Shown piece after piece: positions 50,156-58,464 of a DNA stretch of 64,000 nt. The position numbers were made by a program, and so were the translations under genes. This DNA comes from Candidatus Chisholmbacteria bacterium RIFCSPHIGHO2_01_FULL_52_32 (GTDB lineage Bacteria > Patescibacteriota > Microgenomatia > UBA1400 > Chisholmbacteraceae), in contig MHCJ01000003.1 in NCBI GenBank assembly GCA_001816585.1, forward strand, positions 778,681 through 842,680, read 5' to 3'. Within the stretch, counting starts at the first letter, position 1. The number at the start of each line of letters is the position of its first letter. The notes beneath the pieces were generated by a model. It was not told the DNA's origin and did not search any database. It saw nothing but the letters and a program-made list of their open reading frames with translations.

Positions 50156-51571
50156 ATGCTTAAGAAACGTATTCCTACTATTCTCGGCATCCTCTTATTA
50201 CTGGTCGGGATCACCGCAGGGGTTTATCTGGTTGAACTTGGTCCTCAATCGCTTACGACCCGAGCCGGCCCAGAATATACCCCTTCTCATGTGGCGATTA
50301 CCAATATCACCGATCATTCCTTTACCGTTTCTTGGCTCACGGAAACTCTATCTTTGGGTTTCGTTCGGTATGGGACATCCGGTACTGCCCTAGACCTTTC
50401 GGCGCTTGATGATCGCACCGAGAGCGAGGAGAGCGATCAAACCTTTATAACCCATCATGCCACGGTTGAGAATCTGTCTCCGAACACGACCTACTATTTT
50501 GAAATTATTTCCGGAACAGGAACCACAAGTTTTACCAACAACGGGGAACCTTATACCGCAACCACGGCTTCAACCTTTTCGCCTTCTGTCTCCGCCGACA
50601 CCGCGTACGGCGCTGTTTACTTTCCCGACTTAAGCCCGGCTGAGGGTGCATTGGTTTATGTCACCCTTGAGGGAGGTTCTCCGCTGTCATCGCTTGTCGC
50701 ATCCACCGGAACGTGGGGCGTTCCGTTATCTTCAATGCGAACCGCAGACCTTGCCTCTACTATCCAGTATGATCCTTCCGAGACGACGCTTACGATTCGC
50801 GTTGTTGGGTCTGATGGGACTGAGGTTGCGGTTACGACGACCACCGGAAGTGATACTCCAGTCGATGACATCGTCCTTTCGAAGATGTCCGAGGAGGTAG
50901 CCGAGATCCAGGAGGATGCAACCAGTTCGGCGACGACCAGTCAGTTCTCTCTCACTCCCCTTGCGGATCTTCCAGAGACAGAAGGCAACAGCGTCACGGT
51001 TGTCGATCCTTCTGAGGGAGAGGCGATCAATACCCAACTGCCAGAATTCCACGGGAGCGGCCCTGCAGGCAGTTCGATTACCGTGATTGTGGAATCAGAG
51101 CAGCCTCTCCAGGCAACGGTGCAGGTGGATGCTCTGGGCCAATGGTCATGGTCTCCGTCTGTTCCCCTCGATCCCGGTGAACACCAGCTGACGATCCGTT
51201 GGCTGGATCAGAGTGGTATCGTGCGCTCAATATCCAGGAGTTTCGTCGTCTATGCTCAAGGAGAGAGTTCCCTTCCGGCGTTTGAGTCGACTCCGTCTGC
51301 AACAGCGACACCGACTCCAGTTGAGCTGGCCGCCATTACCCCTACCCCAATTCCGACAGCCAGACCCACAACGTCACCACAACCTACCGTTCCCCCGACG
51401 ATCACTGTCACGCCGACTCCGTCCCCGCGTCCGAGTCCTACTCCTGAAGCAACTACTCCCGCTCTTCCAGTACCAGGATCGGGAGCGTTTTCTGTCATTC
51501 TTATTCTCTCAGGGCTTTCTCTCACGGTTTCTGGAGCGCTCCTTTTGTCACGAAAATCCTTCCTTCTGTAA
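50156..51571 (+). CDS. Surface protein: FN3-like and Ig-like domains, Pro/Thr linker, C-terminal sortase-like sorting signal
   Basis: ITNITDHSFTVSW...LSPNTTYYF FN3-like domain; PEFHGSG...GQWSW...GEHQLT Ig-like domain; LPVPG + hydrophobic helix + RK tail. Confidence 0.8.
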   Translation: MLKKRIPTILGILLLLVGITAGVYLVELGPQSLTTRAGPEYTPSHVAITNITDHSFTVSWLTETLSLGFVRYGTSGTALDLSALDDRTESEESDQTFITHHATVENLSPNTTYYFEIISGTGTTSFTNNGEPYTATTASTFSPSVSADTAYGAVYFPDLSPAEGALVYVTLEGGSPLSSLVASTGTWGVPLSSMRTADLASTIQYDPSETTLTIRVVGSDGTEVAVTTTTGSDTPVDDIVLSKMSEEVAEIQEDATSSATTSQFSLTPLADLPETEGNSVTVVDPSEGEAINTQLPEFHGSGPAGSSITVIVESEQPLQATVQVDALGQWSWSPSVPLDPGEHQLTIRWLDQSGIVRSISRSFVVYAQGESSLPAFESTPSATATPTPVELAAITPTPIPTARPTTSPQPTVPPTITVTPTPSPRPSPTPEATTPALPVPGSGAFSVILILSGLSLTVSGALLLSRKSFLL

Positions 51572-51622
51572 ACGTTCCTTTTGTTTCGAACCTTCTCCTT
51601 TTTTCCCTGTTACAATACTGCT

Positions 51623-51693
51623 ATCCACCTCATTGCTGGCGGCTCGGGCTCGCTTTGGTACTCACCCCGCGAGCTGTAAGCTTTAGGTTGGAT
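51623..51693 (+). ncRNA. Candidate structured RNA / 5' leader (long irregular hairpin), family unassigned
   Basis: ATCCACCT/AGGTTGGAT and GCTGGCGGCTCG/CGAGCTGTAAGC pairing; begins 6 nt after TGT-TACAAT. Confidence 0.4.
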
Positions 51694-51742
51694 GTTGTCT
51701 CTATGAGTAGGCGAACACGCGTAATATTTTAGGGAAAGCTCC

Positions 51743-53014
51743 ATGCGCGTTGCGATCGTTGGTGCGGGATTCACGGGATTAACTTCAGCGCTTCGGTTGT
51801 CGCAAGCGGGCGAATCAGTCTCGTTGTTTGAGGCGTCTGATGCTCCCGGCGGGCTTGCTTCCGGATTGAGTCGCCCTGGCTGGGAATGGCCCGTTGAGCG
51901 TTTCTATCATCATATCTTCACCAATGATGCGGCTATCATCCGACTGGCACATGAGGTTTCCTGGCCTCCATTATTTTTCCATCCTGAAACCTCTGTGTAT
52001 TTTGAAGACAGGATATATCCCTTTGATTCTGTGCTTGACCTTCTCCGCTTTCCGCATCTCTCTTTAGCCTCGAAAGTCAGAATGGGCGCCACTCTCGGGT
52101 TCCTGAAAGCCCTTCCTTTCTGGAAGCCTCTGGAACGGTTCACCGCCGATCGCTTCCTGCGTTTCACCATGGGAAGTGCCGGGTATACCACAATTTGGGA
52201 ACCGCTCCTGATCGGGAAATTTGGACCCTTCGCTCCATCTGTCAATGCGGCTTGGTTTTGGGCAAGGGTATTTAAACGGACGGCGAGGCTCGGATATTTT
52301 CGGCGCGGTTTCCAGGGTCTGGCTGATCAAATTGTCGACTCAATCACCAAGCGTGGGGGGCGGGTTTTGACCAACCATCCCGTCGAAAACGTATCTGTCT
52401 CAAAGAAAGGCTTTGTTGTCCGATCTGCTTCTCGGGAGCAGCTGTTTGACCGGGTCCTTTTTACCACCAGCACCTCTTTGTTTCTTCGTCTTTTTCCGGC
52501 GCTTCCGGATCGGTACCGGTCTGGTTTGCAACAGCTTGCCTCTGTCGATGCTTTAGTTTTGCTTTTGGTCCTTCGAAAGCCTTTTATGGAGGGCGTTTAT
52601 TGGCTCAATGTTCTTTCGCGGTCGCTCCCCTTTTTGGTTCTGATTGAGCATACCAATATGATCGATTCAAAGTACTACGGCGGGAACCACCTGCTTTACC
52701 TCGGGACCTATCTTCCGGCAACAGATCCGTTACTTCACCGTTCTCCCTCATTCCTTCGCCATCTGGCAATCCGGCAGCTTCTGGCAATTCGGAATGACTT
52801 TGATCCTTCCAATATCACCTCTTGTTTTGTCTTTCGGGGGCCGCAAGCACAACCGGTCGTTCCGGTTTCTTATTCATCCATTCTGCCTACCATTTCCACT
52901 CCCATTCCGAACCTCTATCTTGGAAATATGAATCTTGTCTATCCATGGGATCGGGGTACGAACTACGCCGTCGAACTCGGAGAAAAACTGGCTCGTGTTA
53001 TCCTTCACCCGTAG
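51743..53014 (+). CDS. FAD-dependent oxidoreductase (amine oxidase / protoporphyrinogen oxidase-like fold)
   Basis: VAIVGAGFTG, FE..DAPGGLA, ERFYHHIF, YPWDRGTNYAV. Confidence 0.88.
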   Translation: MRVAIVGAGFTGLTSALRLSQAGESVSLFEASDAPGGLASGLSRPGWEWPVERFYHHIFTNDAAIIRLAHEVSWPPLFFHPETSVYFEDRIYPFDSVLDLLRFPHLSLASKVRMGATLGFLKALPFWKPLERFTADRFLRFTMGSAGYTTIWEPLLIGKFGPFAPSVNAAWFWARVFKRTARLGYFRRGFQGLADQIVDSITKRGGRVLTNHPVENVSVSKKGFVVRSASREQLFDRVLFTTSTSLFLRLFPALPDRYRSGLQQLASVDALVLLLVLRKPFMEGVYWLNVLSRSLPFLVLIEHTNMIDSKYYGGNHLLYLGTYLPATDPLLHRSPSFLRHLAIRQLLAIRNDFDPSNITSCFVFRGPQAQPVVPVSYSSILPTISTPIPNLYLGNMNLVYPWDRGTNYAVELGEKLARVILHP

Positions 53015-53017
53015 TCC

Positions 53018-54934
53018 ATGAAACTTCAGCCGTCAATCTCTTCCACGAGTTTCGCGTTCAAGAACCTTACCCAACTGTCAGAAGGGGCGCGGAACAGATT
53101 CGTACAGGCTGCTATGGCCAGGCTAAAAGCATGGCGAGACTACCAAAGTGACAAGAAAAATCAAGACAAACCTTCTGCAGCCAAACGAATTTCTGTTATG
53201 CGGCCCGCTCGGGATAAACCGTTTGCGACCAAGAAATTTCCGTTCCGCGGATTCAATAATGACGCGAACGTCGAGTCTTCTTGGAAATTCTGGCTGACAC
53301 TTATCGTTCTGGTTGGCGGTTTTTTCCGTTTCGCAAAGCTCGATTGGGGGGACGGTTATTTCTTTCATCCTGATGAGTATCACATCAGCTCTGCCGTTGA
53401 TAAACTCTCTTTTCCCTTTCAGATGGATCCCCATTTCTATGCGTATGGTTCTTTCCCCATCTATCTTATCTATTTTGCACGGGCAATCATCTTCGCCCTA
53501 TTCCCAGATTATCTCTTTTCTCCCATACTGATAGGGAGATTCTTTTCCGCTTTCTTTTCAACCATTACAATTTTGTTTGTCTTTTTGAGCGCACGGATCA
53601 CGTTTCGAAACCATACAATCGCTCTGCTCCCTGCCCTTCTGGCGGCGTTAACCCCTGGACTTATCCAACAAGCGCATTTTGCCACCCCTGAGTCCAGTCT
53701 GACCTTTTTTATTTTTCTTTGCCTGTGGCTGTGGCTCTCTTATCTTCGCACCACTCGTCCGGTCTTTCTTTATGTTTCCGCCATCTCCCTTGGGTTGGCT
53801 GTAGCTTCGAAAATTTCCGCTGTTTCTCTGCTTCCCGTGTTTGTGTTCCTCCCTTTTTTCAAGCGCGTTTTATCCTCTTTTCGATCTGTTCTCGCGGGCA
53901 TAGCTCGCTTGGGTGTTTGTCTCCTTCTTGTCCTTGTTTCGTTCCTATCCGTCTTCCCCTTTGCTCTTTATTCCTTCAGCGCTTTTTCCTCTTCCCTTTC
54001 TTATGAGATCGGTGTCGGAAGAGGAGAGCCGATCGTCTTTTACACACGGCAGTTTATCGATACCGCTCCGCTCCTGTTTCATACTATGCATATCCTCCCC
54101 TATGCTCTTGGGCCGGCGATGCTTGGATTTGGAGGTGTCGGATTCCTGATTGTGGTTTCTGATATCTCTTTGCTGAGGTTTGGTACAAAGCGAGACAGGG
54201 TCCTCTGGGGTTTGCTTGTTATTGTTTTTCTGGCTTTGTTTCTCCCTCAGATATTCCTGTTTGCAAAATGGACACGGTTCATCGCGCCCTCGTTTGCCTT
54301 TTTTTCTTTGTTTTCGACCTATTTTTTCTATCGGATCAGTCCTTTCCTCAAGTCGCAAGCTTTGGGGGGGGTGATTCAATCGGTTGCCTGTCTCGTTCTC
54401 CTTCTGCCCACCATTTTTTGGGCGCTTGCGGTTTCTTCCGTCTATTTCCGGCGAGATGTCCGCGTCCTTGCGACAGCGTGGGTCGCCCAACAGCTTCCGC
54501 CACGTTCCTTCCTTCTTACCGAATCTGGCAACATCCTTGAAGTCCCTCTCTGGGGTGAGTTTCGCAAAGACGCATTTGACTTTTATGAGCTTGAACACCG
54601 AGCGGATCTTCAAAGACAGCTTCCGACTCTTCTTTCACAAGCGGATTATTTCATCGTCCAGAGCCGGCGCATCTTTTTCAACCATCAGCGGCTTCCCGCA
54701 CAATTTCCTTTTACATCTCGGTTTTATGATCTTCTCTTCTCCGGCTCCTTAGGATTCGAGTCAATGGCTACCTTTTCCTCCTATCCGAGGTTATCCTTCG
54801 GTCGGGCAACCATAGAAATACCTGATGAAGTAGCCGAAGAAACGTGGTCGGTTTTTGACCATCCGGTGGTACGGATTTTTCGGAAGAGCGTTTTATTCAC
54901 TGAGGCAGAATATGAAGAGCTTCTCACTGACTAA
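53018..54934 (+). CDS. GT-C glycosyltransferase (PMT_2/ArnT-like), paralog 1; start uncertain
   Basis: LDWGDGYFFHPDE, YGSFP, IQQAHFAT, EETWSVFDHP; many TM helices. Confidence 0.85.
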   Translation: MKLQPSISSTSFAFKNLTQLSEGARNRFVQAAMARLKAWRDYQSDKKNQDKPSAAKRISVMRPARDKPFATKKFPFRGFNNDANVESSWKFWLTLIVLVGGFFRFAKLDWGDGYFFHPDEYHISSAVDKLSFPFQMDPHFYAYGSFPIYLIYFARAIIFALFPDYLFSPILIGRFFSAFFSTITILFVFLSARITFRNHTIALLPALLAALTPGLIQQAHFATPESSLTFFIFLCLWLWLSYLRTTRPVFLYVSAISLGLAVASKISAVSLLPVFVFLPFFKRVLSSFRSVLAGIARLGVCLLLVLVSFLSVFPFALYSFSAFSSSLSYEIGVGRGEPIVFYTRQFIDTAPLLFHTMHILPYALGPAMLGFGGVGFLIVVSDISLLRFGTKRDRVLWGLLVIVFLALFLPQIFLFAKWTRFIAPSFAFFSLFSTYFFYRISPFLKSQALGGVIQSVACLVLLLPTIFWALAVSSVYFRRDVRVLATAWVAQQLPPRSFLLTESGNILEVPLWGEFRKDAFDFYELEHRADLQRQLPTLLSQADYFIVQSRRIFFNHQRLPAQFPFTSRFYDLLFSGSLGFESMATFSSYPRLSFGRATIEIPDEVAEETWSVFDHPVVRIFRKSVLFTEAEYEELLTD

Positions 54935-56624
54935 ATCCTTTCAAATCCCAATCATTCTCATTTTTCTCATTTCTATGATCTTCCGGCTCTATGGGCTTAA
55001 TTGGGACGGGGGACATCATCTCCATCCGGATGAACGGTTCTTAACGATGGTTACCCAAGACATTTATTGGCCTCGCTCTGTCTCTTCCTACCTTAACCCC
55101 GCACTATCTCCCTTGAATCCCTACAACGTTGGCTATCCGTTCTTTGTCTATGGCATGTTTCCGCTTATCCTGGTGAAATTCATTTCTGACCTGATCACCC
55201 TCGACCATTTCTCCTACAACAACATTACTTTGGTCGGTCGTGTGCTGGCTGCGACGTTTGATGTCGGAACACTCCTTGTCGTTTATCTCATCGCGCGACG
55301 CACTTTTTCTTCACGCATAGCCCTGTTTTCCGCCCTGTTCTACGGTCTATCTGTTTTGCCTATTCAACTCTCACATTTTTTTACCGTCGATCCGGTCATG
55401 GTCTTTTTCCTTGTTCTTTCCTTTTTTCTGTTGCTGATTTTCCTTGATGGCCGGCGGCAATGTTTTTCAAGTATTGGGCTTGGTATTTCATTCGGGCTTT
55501 CGGTCGCCAGCAAAATCTCCGCGGGTTATTTTCTTGCCATTATTGGACTTGGGTGGCTGGTCGTTTTTTTGAGAACGAGAAAGGTTCTTCCAACAGTTCT
55601 TGGCGCCGTTTTATTCGTCTTTTTTTCTTACAGCACCCTTCGTCTTGCGGATCCACGGATGTTCACCTCCCCCTCGTTTTTTGATCCACGACCTAATCCC
55701 CAATTCCTTGCCAACCTTCGCGAGCTTCAAGCGCTAAACAATCGTTTTGCGTTCTTTCCTCCTTCCATTCAATGGATTCCGACCAACCCTATCTGGTTTC
55801 CTTTTATGAATATTGTGCTTTGGGGATTTGGCCTGCCTTTAGGCATTTTCGTGGTCTTGGGTCTTGTTGCTTCCCTGCGGTTCTTTACTATGACTATCTT
55901 GTTGCCTCGCCGTATTCCCCGCATCCTGAAGCTTTGGCCAGAGCATCTAGGTCATTTGTTTCTGCTTACGTGGGTACTTTTTCTTTTCATTTCTCAAGGT
56001 ATCCAGTTTGTAAAAACTCTGCGGTATTTTTATCCCATTTATCCGTTTTTTGTGATCTTGGCTGCTTGGTTCTTTGACAACACGGTGGTTCGGCGATCTT
56101 CCCACATCGTTGTTATTGGGTTCTGCGTTATCTTTGTGATTTATCCAGTTTCTTTTCTTTCCATTTACTCCCGTCCCCACTCGCGCGTGATGGCTTCCGA
56201 ATGGATCTACGCCAATATTCCCACCGGGTCTGTTCTTTCATGCGAGCATTGGGATGACTGTTTGCCGCTCGGTGCTTCGGGGAGGTCCAATGCGCTTTAT
56301 CAGACTGAAGTGCTGCCCCTTTTTGATCCTGATACCCCCGAAAAGTGGCGGAAGATCAATCGTCAACTTGAGAATGTGGATTATCTGATTCTCTCCTCTA
56401 ATCGTGTCTGGGGTTCCATTCCGAAGGTACCGGAGAAATTCCCTCTTACCAGTCAGTTTTATCAGGATCTGTTTGCCGGGAAGTTATATTTCAAGAAGGT
56501 TTTTGATCTCACGTCTTACCCTACCATTCCCCTTCTCAATATTCCCATTCCCGATGATTCTTCAGAGGAAGCGTTCACCGTCTATGATCATCCCCGGGTG
56601 ATCATCTTTCAAAGAATGCAATAA
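54912..56624 (+). CDS. GT-C glycosyltransferase (PMT_2/ArnT-like), paralog 2
   Basis: LNWDGGHHLHPDERF, YGMFP, IQLSHFFTVD, EHWDD, EEAFTVYDHP. Confidence 0.88.
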   Translation: MKSFSLTKSFQIPIILIFLISMIFRLYGLNWDGGHHLHPDERFLTMVTQDIYWPRSVSSYLNPALSPLNPYNVGYPFFVYGMFPLILVKFISDLITLDHFSYNNITLVGRVLAATFDVGTLLVVYLIARRTFSSRIALFSALFYGLSVLPIQLSHFFTVDPVMVFFLVLSFFLLLIFLDGRRQCFSSIGLGISFGLSVASKISAGYFLAIIGLGWLVVFLRTRKVLPTVLGAVLFVFFSYSTLRLADPRMFTSPSFFDPRPNPQFLANLRELQALNNRFAFFPPSIQWIPTNPIWFPFMNIVLWGFGLPLGIFVVLGLVASLRFFTMTILLPRRIPRILKLWPEHLGHLFLLTWVLFLFISQGIQFVKTLRYFYPIYPFFVILAAWFFDNTVVRRSSHIVVIGFCVIFVIYPVSFLSIYSRPHSRVMASEWIYANIPTGSVLSCEHWDDCLPLGASGRSNALYQTEVLPLFDPDTPEKWRKINRQLENVDYLILSSNRVWGSIPKVPEKFPLTSQFYQDLFAGKLYFKKVFDLTSYPTIPLLNIPIPDDSSEEAFTVYDHPRVIIFQRMQ

Positions 56625-56637
56625 CCTGTTATTCAGA

Positions 56638-57759
56638 TTATGTAGTCTCCATGAGTGATTCTAATGCGTCCATTGTTCGTTGGTAGTCGAACTTCTTTTG
56701 GATCTCTTTTTTTGGCCTGATGAATCTTTTTCTATTGGTGATAACCTCAGCGATGGCTTTTGCCAAGGCTTTGGTGTTTCTCGGTGGAACTAGCTTTCCC
56801 ATTCCCGTGAGAGATATCGGTATCCTCACTCCGGGAAGATCGGTTGCGACCACAGGACATCCGTGCATCATCGCCTCAACTTGGACCATCCCGAATGCCT
56901 CCAGACGTTCGGTAGACGGAAGTACCAGCACATCAATTGTCTTGTAGAAGCTCGCCATTTCCGCTTGGCTGAGCGGGCCAAGGAATGTCAGGTTCTGCTT
57001 CCATTTTTCCAAGTAGCCCCCGAGCAAACTTTTGTAGTCCACGCCGATCACCTCCTTAAACGGCCCCGCGAAAATCAGCTGTACGTCTCTCCCAAGACTT
57101 TTTCTGAGGGAGGGTAGGGTTTGGAGCAAATGATGGAGCCCTTTTTCCCTGGATACTCTTCCGGCAAATCCGATCTTCACCTTTGCATCCTGCCAGTTTC
57201 CGGATAGATTGGCCGGGGTTTCCAGTTTGACAGGGGGGAGAATGTAGACAACCTTCTTTTTGAATAGTGATAGGAATCGCGAATGTCTGCCGTAATCCTC
57301 GGTGTATGAAATGATGGCGTCTGCAAGGGCGCCGGCAATGAATTGAGTAATCCAAGTTGCAATTTCTGAAATATGATTGACAAGACCCGGCCAACCGGAG
57401 AGGTCGCAATGGTAGGTCAGAATCACATTCTTTTTTAAGAGTTTGGCAAGGATTACCGTTATGAACGATTCGAATTGAGGAAGATGGCAGTTTACAATCT
57501 GCGATTTTCTCAGTGCTTTGTAGACTGCGATAGGAAAAGTCGGCATGACGGGCCCTCTTCCAATACAGACGGGAGTCCAGATCCTTGTGATGAGAACTCC
57601 CCGTATGATCTCTCTGGCTGGCAATTTTTTTCTGTACTTTGCAGTCAGGACTTCGACGGAGTGACTGCGATTCACCATCTCCTCGGCGAAGCGTTTGGCA
57701 TAGATTGTCAGGCCACTGATGTTTGGGTGGTAGTAACTGATTCCGATGAGGATCTTCAT
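56638..57759 (-). CDS. Glycosyltransferase family 4
   Basis: YYHPNISG, FAGRVSREKG, VLPS...EAFGMVQVEAM. Confidence 0.93.
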   Translation of the reverse strand: MKILIGISYYHPNISGLTIYAKRFAEEMVNRSHSVEVLTAKYRKKLPAREIIRGVLITRIWTPVCIGRGPVMPTFPIAVYKALRKSQIVNCHLPQFESFITVILAKLLKKNVILTYHCDLSGWPGLVNHISEIATWITQFIAGALADAIISYTEDYGRHSRFLSLFKKKVVYILPPVKLETPANLSGNWQDAKVKIGFAGRVSREKGLHHLLQTLPSLRKSLGRDVQLIFAGPFKEVIGVDYKSLLGGYLEKWKQNLTFLGPLSQAEMASFYKTIDVLVLPSTERLEAFGMVQVEAMMHGCPVVATDLPGVRIPISLTGMGKLVPPRNTKALAKAIAEVITNRKRFIRPKKEIQKKFDYQRTMDALESLMETT

Positions 57760-58307
57760 GGTGCTTGGATCAGCGATCTTACTGAGCGGGTACCGTTCCA
57801 ATGGATGATTCGAAGTTTCGGCAGTCTCGTGCGCAGGTAGTCTATCTGCGCTTCATCGTCATCGATGAACATCTCAAGCTTCAGCTTGCGGATCATGCTC
57901 TCTTTGAATCGATGCGGTTGTCTATTATTCAAATTCACATACACCCCCTGGAAGAGCCCAGCACAGTCATAGGTTTGCAGCCAATCTTTCGTTCTTCCTC
58001 TTAAAAAGCTGTATCTCCCTGAAATCACGTAGAATTCGTATGTTCCGGCGATTGTCCGGATATCCCTCAGATTATTCCAAATCGGCTGGCGGAGCAGTGG
58101 GTGATGGCTCAACCATCGAATGGAGCGCTCAAGAGCAGAGCTCGGATATCGGTAGGCGAGTTCTGTTTTAGTGCGTTCGCGGACCAGCCGGGTCAGCGCC
58201 CAGTTGGGAAGCCCTGGTGGTTTATCGATGATCACGCCGTCGAGATCCAGTCCGATACGGACCGGTCTTCGCTTGGTCGGTCGTTTCGAAAGCTTTTTTC
58301 CTTCCAT
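57756..58307 (-). CDS. HAD-superfamily phosphatase (5'-nucleotidase-like)
   Basis: Motif I IGLDLDGV, motif II ISGR, motif IV FIDDD; ATGA overlap with the GT4 gene. Confidence 0.8.
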   Translation of the reverse strand: MEGKKLSKRPTKRRPVRIGLDLDGVIIDKPPGLPNWALTRLVRERTKTELAYRYPSSALERSIRWLSHHPLLRQPIWNNLRDIRTIAGTYEFYVISGRYSFLRGRTKDWLQTYDCAGLFQGVYVNLNNRQPHRFKESMIRKLKLEMFIDDDEAQIDYLRTRLPKLRIIHWNGTRSVRSLIQAP

Positions 58308-58464
58308 CGTTCCTGCCTATTATACGAAGAAAGAGTGTTTTTCCCTACTTCCCGGCTGTCTGTTTCTGGTGATTGTCTGAGGTAACTGAGGCGTCCTCTT
58401 GTATTCATCTCTCTTCTTGTCACTCTGTATCTGATAGGATTGATGCGTGTTCGGGAGTATCGCT

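Noticed and set aside
53084-53275. tmRNA-like words (GGGGCG...GATTCG...GCATGGCGAG)
   Set aside because: No pk1 pairing, tag reading frame or T-arm/acceptor 3' end could be found; lies within an open GT-C frame.
53945-54613. 222-aa Lys-rich ORF antisense to GT-C paralog 1
   Set aside because: Mirror of T-rich transmembrane codons on the opposite strand.
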